DNA from: Octopus sinensis
Taxonomy: Eukaryota
Direction of reading: 5' to 3'
NCBI RefSeq assembly: GCF_006345805.1
Contig: NC_043016.1
Span: 25,730,001 to 25,794,000, forward strand
DNA: 64,000 nt
Of this stretch, positions 10,596 through 23,678 are shown one piece after another; the stretch's first letter is position 1; every line of letters begins with the position of its first letter. The position numbers were made by a program, and so were the translations under genes. Under the pieces are notes generated by a model. That model was not told the origin of the DNA and ran no database searches. It saw nothing but the letters and a program-made list of their open reading frames with translations.

Positions 10596-12914
10596 ATATA
10601 TGTGTGTGTGTGTGTGTGTGTGTTACTTATAGACTCAAAAACTACTAAACCAATCCTAATGTAATTTGGAACACAGAATCCAAACCTAGGGAGAAGAGTA
10701 ATGCTGTATGTTTCATAGAATTCCTTTGAGTCTTTTCATTATTACTGGGTCACAGATGGTAACATTGATTTGAAGGCCTTTCCAGATAAGTGATTGGTCA
10801 TTCAAAAGCATTTATAGATTGCAAATTTATTCTGTTCAGTTAGCCATCAGCAAAGTGATCATTGGCAAACTCCAAAAGTGACACTTTCATTTCCCCTTAG
10901 CTCTCATGTCACACAATTGCTATAGATCTGTAATGCATCTTATGGCTGTGCCTGTCACCTGTATAGTGAGGAATCCTACATTGAGGAGTGGTAATGACTA
11001 GGGTAGGGTAGCTGACTGCTTATTGTGATCATTCATGTTTTGGTTTCTCCTAGCTTTGCTCTCTTTTACAAACCCAGTGAACATTCATATATTTCCAATT
11101 TCAAAGAAATTTGAACAATAGATATAAGACACAAGTTAAAAAGATTCCCAATGATTCAACTTATCCAGTTGACTTTAAGAACCTCCCCCCTATTTTAGAG
11201 CTCCATTTTTCAGGAGTAAAAACCTTTGAATAGGTTTTATAAGATTTGGATTTTGGAATCTGGGCATAAAGATGAGTAGTATGGGGTAAATATATCATGA
11301 TTAAAATTTTTGTTAGGATGTGTAAAGATGGAAAGAATCCTCATTAAAATTCCTAATCTCCAATTTTTATGAAATTCAAATCATAGATATTCCAGTTCAT
11401 TAGAGAAAATATAAAAGAAAAGTCTAATTCTTCAATTACATTTCATATGGTCAACACTGAATATCTCTGCTAGTAGTTTATGAAGTCAATGTTTACACTG
11501 ATCCAATGATAGGTGGGTGGACTTGATACAATATAGATGTATTTGCATCCAAGCGCAGAAATTTTGATTAATGATATTACATATGTCGTTGTGTGTCTTG
11601 TATCTTGAGGTTTGTGTAAGATTTGATGCATTGTTGTGATTATGCTAGTTTAGTGGAGATATGTGACCCAGGTATTAAGTGTAGGGGCTCACAATCATAA
11701 GATTATGCATTTGAAGACCAGAACAGACTGAGCTGTGTACTGTGTCCTTGAATAAGACACCTCAATTCATGTCAGCTCCAGTTCACACAGCTGAAATTAA
11801 TGCCAGCTGCTACATCTAGGTTTAATCTTGCAACAGACTGGTATCCTGTGCAAAGGACACCTTATAAGTGCTGTAGGAGTCATAATAACCTGATATTTTA
11901 TTTCTTAGTTGCCCAGGGTCTTAACTAATACACACTCGCACACTGGTTAAAACAGACTTCCACTTCATCATCAGCATCATTTAACATCTCTGTTCCATTG
12001 GTTGGAGAGTGTAACAGGATCCAATGGGCCCAAGGATTGCATCATGCTTCAATGCCTGCTTTGGTATTTTTTCACACACAAGACATGGATATGCTGTTTC
12101 CTTGCCAGTTATTGTCCAAAAGTTCATAACAGTTGCTTTTAACAACAATATTGTTCATTTTTGGTGGTGTCAACAACAAAAAGAAGCTGAAGGGAATGAT
12201 GAACAAACATTGAGGATAGTGGTGAAAACAAATATAACATAGGTAGTGGGTGTGAATATAAATGTAAATATACAAACAAAACGAAATATACAAACAGAAT
12301 AAAGGCTGTGGGTCTCTTAAGACAAGACATGTATAAGTATTGAAATAGAAAATGTCTGAAAGGACCGGAAACAGAAAGTGGAGAGATGAAAAGATAGAAT
12401 GAAAAGTGAAAAAAAAAATGAATCTGGTATTGAAAGTAAGGCTGGATTCATATGTATGAACACACATATGCATACATACCACAGTTACTGCCTTCATAGG
12501 TAAGCTTCCTAGACAAGTGACAGGTCCATAAGTTGCTCATGCATCTCATTTTCACGTAGTTTTTACAGTTTTATGCCCTTCCTAATACCAACTTCTTTAC
12601 AGAAGGTGTTGGGTGATTGTATGGAACCAGCCCTTAGAAATATTGTCATGTCTTCCCCCAACAAGGGACTCTCAGAGCTTCTCTCCATTCTATATTTTCT
12701 CTGCCATTCCATAACCTCATTACAGTGTGTGTGTTGAGTACATACTTGAAAGCCATACTAGCATTGAAGCCTTTAACTTGTATACCACAAGACAAAAGGA
12801 TTCTCGCTGCTCAATATTGGCATCACACTTGCTCCAGGCAGTGTGTTTAAAAAAAGGGGATAGAAACAGGGGACATATGTGTATAATGTAAGTACATGTC
12901 ATTATCATAGTCAT

Positions 12915-13145
12915 CATCATTATCATTTAATATCCATTTTTCACGCTTGCATGAGAAGTTCTCTAAGCAGATTTTCTACAGCTGGATGCCCTTCCTGTTA
13001 CTAACTCTTAACTGTTTCTGAGCATGGTGATATTTTCTCCGTTACCAAACATGTTTTTTTTTTCATAGAAAATTGGAAATGAACAACCTCATTTGTATAA
13101 CGGTGATGCTCATTTACAATCATCACGTGATTGCTAGGCAACGAT
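12915..13145 (-). mobile_element. RTE-tailed SINE-like family D fragment
   Basis: catcatt...tccattttcacgcttgcatg...acagctggatgcccttcct, the antisense of the RTE-type (GAT)n tail. Confidence 0.7.
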
Positions 13146-13374
13146 ACACACAAACACCTACTCATACATGTATACACACACACACACAATCAGGCGTGTG
13201 TATGGCTGTGTGGTTAGGAAGCTTGCTTCCCAGCTACATGGAACTTTGGGCAAATGTCTTATACTATAGCCCCAGGCCAACAAAGCTTTGTGATTGAATT
13301 TGGTAGGTGGAAGTTACTGCCATGTGTGTAGGTGTTTGTGCCTCTCTGAGAGAGAGAGAGGGATATATATATAC

Positions 13375-13407
<33 letters not shown>

Positions 13408-13913
13408 CGTATGTGTATATACATATTGTATCATATGATATTCATTATTTTGCACATAGCTTCCACTGCACGACCCTCCTTCCATCAGCTCTCAACTTGA
13501 GGTCACTGTGATTTCAGCACCTTCTGATTGTATTGACAGTGTCATTCCTTCAAGCAATGCTAAGCATCATTGGATTCTACCAGAGAATTTGCCAGTTATT
13601 TGCTTTCACCATTGTGATCCATCAGGCCACTACATTGAACCAAGTGCAGCTGTATCAGCTCCAGTCATGCAACAGCTATCATGTTTTACTACTAGATTTA
13701 CTAAACAGGGTTTTTTAAAATTTTATTGCGCTCAGCTCTGGCATATATAGAAGGTCGTTTTTTATGTTGTTTGTTTTGTTTTCCATTTGTGTCTTTCGTT
13801 GTTTGAAAGAATAGTTCATGTTCCATATACTTGTGCTTCATACATTTTTGTTGTATATGTTTCATGATGTCCTGTGTCCACATATGCATATATATATATA
13901 TATATATTATATA

Positions 13914-14277
13914 CTAGCAGTATCGCCCGGCATTGCTCAGGTTTGTAAGGGAAATAACTATAAAGCATTTTTAGAGAGTTATAGCAAAAAAATGGGGAAA
14001 AAATGATGGTAATTTTTTTTTTTTAGTTAAAAAAGGTCGAGTTGCGTCCCCTAGACAGTCTGTGGTTTGGGTTTCTGATTCTCGACCCCATGTCGAATTT
14101 ATCGATTTTTTTCAGAACTGGGGGAACTTTTCAAAATTTTCGCTGCGTTAGTTTTGAATTATGACATTGGGCTATGTGTGTGTCAAGTTTCATCAGAATC
14201 GGTTGAAAGCCATGGTCAGGGTGAGGGTACAACCAAACAGACACACATAGACAAACTGCCATTTATATAGAGAGAGA
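13914..14277 (-). mobile_element. Non-autonomous Helitron H2
   Basis: The minus strand begins A|TC at 14277 and ends with a hairpin plus CTAG|T at 13914. The terminal ~68 bp is nearly identical to the H1 3' end; the rest is different. Confidence 0.85.
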
Positions 14278-14288
14278 TACATATATAT

Positions 14289-14520
14289 AACGGGAAGCTT
14301 TATGAAAATAAACAAAAGACGAAGGCAGGTTTACGGAAATAAACAAAAGACGAAGGCAGGTGGAATACAAACAAACAATTGTATTAGTATGGCGCTCAGG
14401 AAATATAAATAAAACAAGTCTTTAACATTTCGAGCCTACGCTCTTCAACAGAAAGATACACAGAGAAGAAACACAGAAAGAAAGAAAAAAAATGCGTGCA
14501 GAGGCTAGCGAATCAACATA
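14289..14520 (-). mobile_element. Penelope-like terminal fragment with hammerhead-like motif
   Basis: Minus strand 14419-14456 reads TCTTT CTGTTGA A GAGC-gtag-GCTC GAAA TGTT AAAGA. A 25-bp direct repeat lies at 14306-14330 / 14337-14361. It sits in (TA)n. Confidence 0.65.
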
Positions 14521-14561
14521 TATATTATATGTACATAAACATATGTATATATGCATATATA

Positions 14562-14948
14562 TATAGGCATAGGAGTGGTTGTGTGGTAAGTAGCTTGCTT
14601 ACCAACCACATGGTTCTGGGTTCATTCCCACTTTGTGGCACCTCGGACAAGTGTCTTCAACTATAGCCTTGGACCAACCAAAGCCTTGTGAGTGGATTTA
14701 GTAGACGGAAACTGAAAGAAGCCTGTCGTATATATGTATATGTTTGTGTGTCTGTGTTTCTCATCCCAGCATCACCTGACAATCGATGCTGGTGTATTTA
14801 TGTTCCTTAACTTAGCAGTTCGGCAAAAGAAACCGATAACATAAGTACTAAGCTTTCGAAGAATGAGTCCTGGGGTAGATTTATTTGACTAAAGGCGGCG
14901 CTCCAGCTTGGCCACAGTCAAATGACTGAAACAAATAAAGAGAAAGAG

Positions 14949-14949
<1 letters not shown>
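14562..14949 (+). mobile_element. SINE family A, full length
   Basis: Complete head, linker and tail. Confidence 0.92.
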
Positions 14950-15004
<55 letters not shown>

Positions 15005-15423
15005 GCATACACACATACATGTACAAACCATACATATATGTGTGTGTGTGTACATATATATATATATGTGCGTGTGTTTAATTATATAAAGGTGGTAAGT
15101 TCACAGAAACTGTATATATGGGCAGGTGCTGATAACACACACATACACTCTATCTGGGTCTAACAAATTTCTCTCCCCACCTGCTCCAGCCTATATTTGT
15201 ACTTGTTGAACTTTGCAATGGTGAAATTACTTTTCGCATGTGTACAGAGAAAAAGAAAGTGAGAAACAGAGAGAGAATTAGGGGAAGGAAGGGGGAAGAG
15301 AATGAGAGAGAGAGAGAGAGAGAGGAGTGAGAAATGAAAGAAAATAAAAATAAAATGGGGTTAGGGTGTGTTACTGATGTTGAGCCAAAGTAAATTATTG
15401 AATCCTCTTCAGATGTAGCTTAA

Positions 15424-15646
15424 CCCTCTAACATTCAAACTAGCTATATCCAGCCTGTATAATCTACCTTTATTTTTTTTCTCGAACTAACCAGTTCCAA
15501 CCTCTCACACCTACCCTACAATGTCATTGTAAAAATAAACAATCACATGACTGAAATCTCAAAACCATGAAATAATGCATGATTAGTTCAAAATAATGTG
15601 AATAGATAAGCTTTGCATTTGACTGAGTAATCTGAAATTTAAGAAG
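15424..15646 (-). mobile_element. MITE family M1
   Basis: TTAA at 15420-15423 and 15647-15650. The body is the reverse complement of the 44077-44299 type. Confidence 0.75.
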
Positions 15647-15996
15647 TTAACCCTTAGTGGAGAGCAGAGGGGATGTTGACCATCTGATCCATTACTATGG
15701 TTCTCCTTCAAACTGACAAGTTGAGTGTTGACTAAAATGCAACATTGATGTGTAACAGGGTGATGCATTCATCAGCTGATGATATCTCTGGTTAAGAAAC
15801 TAATGTACTTTGTTGTTGTTTTGAACTAATGTGCTTATGTTACTTTAGTTAACATTAACATATTTTTAATGTAGAGATCAGTGACAAGGGAGCTAATAGA
15901 AAATAATAGTTATGCAATGTGGAAAAAAAAAGACAGCTCTGGTTCAATGACTAATATTTATTTAGTCATTTCGGCAAGTATGTATGACATGTTTCA

Positions 15997-16200
15997 TATT
16001 TCTTTATTGCCATAGAGGGGACATACAAAGGGTTCAAGTCGATTAGATTGACCTCAGTGTGTAACTGGTACTTAATTTTATCGACCCCGGAAGGATGAAA
16101 GGCAAAGTCGACCTCAGCGGAATTTGAACTCCGAACGTAAAGACAGACAAAATACCGCTTAGCATTTCACCCACTATGCTAATGATTCTGCCAGCTTGCC
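15997..16200 (-). mobile_element. SINE family B
   Basis: Reverse complement of the family B consensus. Confidence 0.9.
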
Positions 16201-17454
16201 CCCTGTATCACATGTTTCAGTCTCTATCAAACCTCTTCAGGAAATTATGACTTTGCCAAAGTAAAAATGAGATAACCCAAAAGTTAGTTAGTGTACAATT
16301 GTGTGTGTGTGAAAGCATGGCTTACTGTTTAGGGTGTTACACTCGTGAATTTTGATTGTGGTTTTGATTCTTAAACTAGTGGTGCATTCTTGAGCAAAAT
16401 ACTTCATTCCATATTGCCCAATGTATTCCACTGTAAATGGATAACCCTGTGATGGAATGATGTTCCATTCAAGGGGAATGTTGGCCTAGTCAGGTACAAC
16501 AATATTAGGAAGCACATTTTAACTAGTAGTGTATAACAGTATCTGTTAGTTTAATTAATACTCTGATACAGTGACATATGCATGTGTGTGTGTGTATTTA
16601 AAATTGTAATAATTAAAAACACTAATGAGTAATAAGTACATGGTGAGGCAAAGGCAATATCAACTCATTTGTTACCATATTTCTGTTGAGATATTCTGTC
16701 ATTACCTCAATTAATTTTGAAAATAATGAAGAATTTAGTAAATCAGCTTTTTTATTATCAATTGGTGTTTGGATCATAAAATAACATGGAAAATTTTAAT
16801 CTAGGACACCTGAAAACAAGATGTTTGTACCACAGAGCAACATGCATGTGTGCACACACACACACACACATAGGGATGTGGTTTCTGGATAGTTTTCATC
16901 ATCATTGTTGTTTAATGCCCTTGTTCCATGCTGGCATGGATTGGAGTGTTTAGCAGGATCTGATGAACTAGAGGATTGTATCAAGCTCCAATGTCTGTTT
17001 TGACATGATTTCATTTACTAAAATAATCTCACAAGAAATTTGGAAGAGTTACAATTCACAACGCTTGCCCAATGTGCTACTCTGTGAAAACGAACCTGTT
17101 ATAATGTGGATCCACATCCACTTGTATGTTGTCATCAGCACTGTAATATTCTTGTCGCCACTATTATGTTCTAGCGGTATTCTGCATCTTATTATCTTTG
17201 ACTCATCTATCGTGCTATTGATGGTAACTCAAACTTGTATACATCACATAACTAACACTGACTCCAATTGAGAACTTATACAATGACTCTACTACTACTC
17301 ATCTCCCACAGCAACTGACTGTCTGACTTTATAGTGGCTGTGTCATACCACTTTGTTATGAGAGGAGTGTACCATTTTCACTATAACAGAACCTTAGACC
17401 ATCTGGTTTTGAAGTGAACTTCTGAACTATATAAGCACATATAGGCTGCCTGAA

Positions 17455-17785
17455 CCACATAGGCTGTCTGGTTAAGAAGCTTTGCAACCATGTGGTTTTG
17501 GGTTCAGTCCAACTGTGTGGAGCCTTGTGGAAATGTCTTCTATAGTATTGAGCTGATCAATGCCCTTTGAGTGTATTTGGTAGATAGAAACTGTATGGAA
17601 GCCCATTTTGTGTGAGTGTGTGTATGTGTCTCTGTGTTTGTCCCCCCACCCTTCTTTATGATAGAAGTTTGGCAAAAGAAACTGTTAGAATAAGTACCAG
17701 ACTTTTAAAAAATGAGGTACTAGGGTTGATTTCTTAGACTAAACTTTTCAAGATGGTGCACCAGCATGGCCACTGAAGCAAGTAA
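17455..17785 (+). mobile_element. SINE family A, diverged
   Basis: Decayed head and tail motifs. Confidence 0.7.
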
Positions 17786-18397
17786 CAGATATATAACAAT
17801 ATCTGCAACAATTCTTGCCAAAATATCCATCATTATTTCTTTATCTTGTTTATTTCTAAGAGCATCAATTAAACAAGCCTATGTTCAAAAGTAATAGGAT
17901 CTATTTACCCTATATCAGCCCTGTTTTAGCAGAATTATGATCAAAGGTATTCCAGCAAAGAACAGTAATTCTTTTTTTTATTCTTCACCTAGTAATCATG
18001 TATCTAAGAATACATTATCTAATGTTTCCATTCGTTTTTTTCTTTTAGTTTTTTTTTTTTTTTATAAGAAAAAGTTTCATCTCAAGGGTGGATCAGCTGT
18101 TGTGTACAGAAGGTCGCCTGGCCAGATTGAAACTGCTACATGACCTGGTGGTAGTTCAGTATACTTGGTTATTTGCACATTAATTATAACTCATAAAGAA
18201 AGGGTGGGAATTTTGTACATGTATTATATATTATCAAAAGAGGTATGAGAGAGTGCCTCCTCTGCCTTCTCTTCTATCTTATAGAAGAATTATTACCTTT
18301 CTTTTATGAAATACTGGTATTTTTTATTTATTTATTTATTTATTTTTTTGCAGTGCTTGAGTTTTCCTTTTTTAGTTCATAAAGTAAAGAGAAATCT

Positions 18398-18545
18398 TTA
18401 TCCAGTCCTCCTCCTTTCTATCCAGATAACAAGAAACTTTATCCAGTCCCCCATCTCTGTCTGGATAACAAAAAGCTTAATCCAGTCTTCCCGCTTTCCT
18501 TCCAGCTAGCAACAACCCTAATTCAGTCTTCCTTCTCTCCGGCAC
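18398..18545 (+). repeat. Degenerate ~40-bp minisatellite (3-4 units)
   Basis: The ttatccagtc...ataacaa unit repeats. Confidence 0.65.
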
Positions 18546-20183
18546 TTTCCTTTTCCTTTTACCAATGGTACAAACTATAAAATTTCCATAATTCAAGGAA
18601 AACTGAGAATTCTTTACTTTTATTCTCTCTCTGCTTTCCATTCTGCTTCTCCTCACCTATAATCCAACTTTATTTCTTCAATTATTTCAGTACTCTCTCT
18701 CTCTCTCTCTCTCTCCACTACTCTATTGTCTCCTATAGAACTCAATATTTTCAAAAAGTCCCATGTAAATCTTGTTATATTTCCATGTATGTGTATATAT
18801 GTGATGAACTCCTTTGAGTTTCCCTACCATATCTAATCACAAGTCTTTGGTCAGTCTGGGGCTATTGTAGAAGACACTCACCCAAGATGCCGTACAAATG
18901 GACTGACCATATAACCATCTGGTTGGGAAGTAGACTTCTTAAAACCACAATTCCACACCTACATGGATGAGTGCCACTGTCATAGACACAGTATCATCCA
19001 TTTTGAATACTCTGCAAGAACATGTCTGGCCAAGGAGAAATATTACATGACTTGGAAACAGGTGAGGGTTGACAACAGGAAGAGCATCTGTTCTTAAAAT
19101 TCTTCCTTAGATAAGCTCTGTTGAAAAGTAGGTGTTAAATTATGAGAATGATATATGTGTGTGTGTGTGTGCGTGTGTGTCCCCTATATATATATCCTAT
19201 GTGTGTGTGTGTGTGTATATATATATAATCAGTGACAGGCAGAGTCTGTAACAATGTTTACCTTCTTGAAAAGCTTAGTAACTTCTATGCTGAAGTAAGA
19301 ACAGCATGTTCTTTGTCTATCTCCTTAACTTCTTGGAGATTTTAGGTATAATTATACTAATGTGTCCATCTGTTCTAATTTAATTAAATTCTATGTCTTT
19401 GTGCAGCTGAAGATTGCTCTGCATTTTAAATTGATGTAATGATTGTATTGTTCAATTAAATGGAGTTGCATGGAACGATCATACTGCATTACCTCTGGAT
19501 ATCTTTTTTAGCTTATTTTCATATATATATATGATTTATTGTAGTTCAGATACTGATCCTCCCAATCAACCACTGTTACTTCACACCTCACATAGGCTCT
19601 GTACCATCATACCACAGCAGTAGGTGCACTACCACCACCACCACCTTCACTATCATATCCAGTTCCATTACCATCATATATATGTATGTGTATGGTATTG
19701 ATGTCTCAGTAGTAATGTTGGTGGTATTGTGTGTGGCGAGTGTTTTCTTCTATAACCTCAGGCCAACCAAAGTCTTGTGAGTGGATTTAGTAGATGGAAA
19801 CTGAAAGAAGCTTGTCATATATATATATATCTGTGTGTGCATGTCTTTGTATGTGTTTTATTCCCCCATCACCACTTGACAACTGCTGTTGGTGTGCTTA
19901 TGTCCCCATAACTTAGCGAGTTCTGTGTTCGGTTTGTTCAACTAAAACCCTTTAGGGTTACTCCAGTATGGCTGTAGTCAAATGACTGAAGCAAGTAAAA
20001 AGAAAAAAAAAGAATATATGATAATAGTGGAGCCTTTGACTTTCTCACTATCCAATGGTTTTTTTTAAATCCAGTATTTGTATGCTATTTATAGCTATAC
20101 CTGCTTCAAGATCCACTGTTCCACAAGAAAATTATTTCACATCAAATTTCATAAATCCTTATAATAGTATATATATATATATA

Positions 20184-20405
20184 TTAAAATTATAATTTAG
20201 AGTATCTAAGAGATCCTGCCACACTGGAAATAGCAGCCAAAACCTGGCTCTAAAACCACATTAAATTTTCATACAGCACCAGGAGAGAAGACAAAATAAA
20301 CTAACAAAAAAATTATAATTTTAATAATAATTATTACCTTTGAAGGTAATTCCCATGCTGGCCACTTGATAAGATCGATATTTAAAGTAACGATCTTATC
20401 CTTAT
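20184..20405. mobile_element. Unclassified repeat X (copy 1), inverted segment plus forward segment
   Basis: Homologous to 62899-63092 (aaattataattttaataataattattacctttgaagg...ccacttgataagatcgatattt). Confidence 0.7.
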
Positions 20406-20738
20406 GCATATATATATATATATATATAGCCATCTGGTTCGCCTTCCTCAGTCAAATCGTCCAACCCATGCTAGCATGGAAAACGGACGTTAAAGGATGA
20501 TGATAATATATTTATATATATTGTATCATCACAACTGTCTGACAAATGGTCATGTGAAACTGAGTAAACAGTTTGTGAAGCCTTTTTCAGCTATAATAAA
20601 ATAATGTGTGTGTTTGTTTGTTTGTCCCCCACCTTGGTTCCCATAAAGTTCCCATAACTTTGCTGTTCAGCAAAAAAGACCAATAAAATAAGTATCAGGC
20701 TTACAAAAAACAAAAACAAAAAAAAAACAGAAAAGTTT

Positions 20739-20897
20739 ATAGGAGTGGCTGTGTGGTAAGTAGCTTGCTTACAAACCACATGGTTCCGGATTCAGTCCCA
20801 CTGCATGGCACCTTGGGCAAGTGTCTTCTACTATAGCCTCGGACCGAGCAAAGCCTTGTGAGTAGATTTGGTAGATGGAAACTGAAAGAAGCCCGTC

Positions 20898-20933
<36 letters not shown>

Positions 20934-21135
20934 GTGTCTGTGTTTGTCCCCCCAATATTGCTTGACAACCAAAGCTGGTGTGTTTACGTTCCCGTAACTT
21001 AGCGGTTCGGCAAAAAAAGACTGATAGATTAAGTACTAGACTTACAAAGAATAAGTTTTGCGGTCGATGTGCTCGACTAAGGGCGGTGCTTCAGCATGGC
21101 CACAGTCAAATGACTGAAACAAGTAAAAGAGTAAG
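20739..21135 (+). mobile_element. Young SINE family A inserted into an older family A 3' half
   Basis: A full copy. The host 3' half is split between ~20605-20712 and ~21158-21258. Confidence 0.85.
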
Positions 21136-21249
21136 TAAATTAAAAAAAAAAAAAAAAGCACTAGAGTTGATTTGTTTCAATAAAGCCCTGCAGGGTGGTG
21201 GTGCCCCAGCTTAGCTGCAATCTAATGACTGAAGCAAGTAAAAGATAGA

Positions 21250-21930
21250 AAGATAAAAGATCATACATCTCACATACCACTATCACTACCACAGCCTCCA
21301 TAATCATAATCACCCTTACTGCTTTCATCTCATTGATTTGTTAACTTACCATTCTTGCTAAGTCCTGCTCATCTTCACTATGTTCATTTCATGTTCATTG
21401 ATGCCAGTCAATGTGAGCGAATGAGTGGGTGTTAAATTGTGTGTGTGTGTGTGTAAGTGTAGTCTTTGTGGTAGTACAGGTGTGTATGTATGTGTGTGGT
21501 ATTGACGGCTCAGTAGCAATGGTAGTGGTATTGTGTATTTGTATGTATGTGATGGCAATAGTGATGGCTGTATGTGTGTGTGTCTATGCTATTAATTGTA
21601 GAGGTGGTGGTGGTGGTGGTGGTGGTAGTGGTAGTAATAGTAGTAGTAGCAGTAGCAGTAGCAGCACTCTTGATGGTGCCTGTGTGTAATAGTAATACTA
21701 GTGTTGATGGTGGTGGTGGTGGTGCTCATAATGGTAGTGATGATGTGCAGGTGTGTCTGACTTGAGAGTAGCAGTGTGGTAGTGATGTTAGTAGTAGTAG
21801 TAGTAGTAGTGGTAGTGGTGGTGATGGTGGTGATGATTGGGGTTTCAGTAGATTAAATCCCCCACCTCTTTTTTTCTCTCCTGTTCTCTTCCACCACAAC
21901 CTCTGCTACCACCATCACCACCACCGACAC
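21250..21930. repeat. Low-complexity (GGT/AGT/GT) region
   Basis: Direct inspection. Confidence 0.85.
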
Positions 21931-22738
21931 TATACTGTAAGTCGCAATCCACAGAAATTAAGGGAATCTGCCACTGCCAATATTCTTAAGATTAGCTCTT
22001 AGGTGTGTCTGGCATCTGAAATATCATGTTACCCTGTTATCATGCTTAGTTCATTTATGTTTCTTTGATTCCTCATCCTTCCACTGCTGCCACCCACACC
22101 ACACTAACCCCCACCCACACCCCACTTTCTGATATAGGAGGGCTCCACCAGATGTCCTCACTGGGTGAAGTGTGTGTATGTGGAAAGAGAGGTGGTGGGG
22201 GTGGTTGTGGTTGGGATTGAGTGTAGGGACAGCATACAAAATATCCACATCTGATTTTTAAATCAAACCTGCATAAATTGAGTGTGTGTGTGTGTGTAAA
22301 ATATCGATATATGTAGATAAAATTCTGATATTTACATATAATATACACACACATATATACGTGTATATAATGAACTTATTGTATACAGTATTCAAGTGCA
22401 CTAAATGTACTTACGTATATGTGTACATACACGTGTGTATACATACATGTATCCTTATTTCTGTATCCATGCATCTGTATGTGTGTGTGTGTGTGTGTTT
22501 TTTTATTGTTTCACTATATTTTAAGGTTAAAAGGTCTTAAGATTTGCAGAAGAGGAGGAGGAAATCTTGTTTAAATGAATACTTTGATTGGGTGGTGGGT
22601 GGAGAGAAGGGTGCACTTTTCTGTGGAACTTCCTATCACATCACTACTTGAAGTTAGCAGCAAAATCATCAATGGCCATCAGCATCATTTTTTTTGGCAA
22701 TTATCAGATACCATCATCATTACTATCCTTGCTAATCA

Positions 22739-23466
22739 ACTCCCAAGGGCTACATAACAATCTTAGGTGACTGAGTAGGTAAGCTGTTAGATTACTTTAC
22801 TCAGAAATCTGTAAGTCCAGATTGATTTCAGGAATGCTATTGTTTTTCTAGGAGTGGGTGTGTGGTAAGTAGCTTGCTTACCAACCACATGGTTCCAGGT
22901 TCAGGGTCTTCTACTATAGCTGCGGGCCGACCAAATCCTTGTGAGTGGATTTGGTAGACGGAAACTATATATATATATACACACACACATATATATACAA
23001 CAGGCTTCTTTCAGTTTCCGTCTACCAAATCCACTCACAAGGCTTTGGTCGGCCCGAGGCTATAGTAGAAGACACTTGCCCAAGGTGCCATGCAGTGGGA
23101 CTGAACCTGGGCCCATGTGGTTGGTAAGCAAGCTACTTACCACACACCCACTCCTAGAAAAACAATAGCATTCCTGAAATCAATCTGGACTTACAGATTT
23201 CTGAGTAAAGTAATCTAACAGCTTACCTACTCAGTCACCTAAGATTGTTATGTAGCCTTTGGGAGTGTGTGTCTGTGTTTGTCCCCCCAACAACGCTTGA
23301 CAACCGATGCTGGCATGTTTACGTCCCTGTAACTTAGCAGTTTGGCAAAAGAGATCAATAGAATAAGTACTAGGCTTACAAAGAATAAGTCTTGGGGTCA
23401 ATTTGTTTGACTAGAGGCAGTGCTCCTGCATGGCCGCAGTCAAATGACTGAAACAAGTAAAAGAGT
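22739..23466. repeat. SINE family A with an internal inverted duplication of its 5' half and upstream flank
   Basis: Arms ~22739-22966 and ~23013-23266 are reverse complements. The SINE 3' half resumes on + at 23267. Confidence 0.9.
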
Positions 23467-23678
23467 ATGCTTTATATTTTTGTAGTTCATCCAGTTACCA
23501 GATTTGGTAATATTATTTGTGATAGACTTGTGTCCTATACTAGTGGAGATATATCTCATTCTCTCTGTTGCATTCTACATTGCCCTAGTTTATCTAGATA
23601 CCCTCAGATCATCTAGTAATATTACCTGAGATAGACTGGTGTTCCTATCCTGGTGGAAGTTTATCTCTCATCTTTTCT

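Noticed and set aside
13508-13750. 80-aa ORF in GC-richer unique sequence
   Set aside because: No ATG start, no family similarity recognised and no supporting neighbouring exons.
20366-20400. Hammerhead in repeat X (ttgataag-atcg...cgat)
   Set aside because: There is no GAAA after the stem and no CUGANGA core in either copy.
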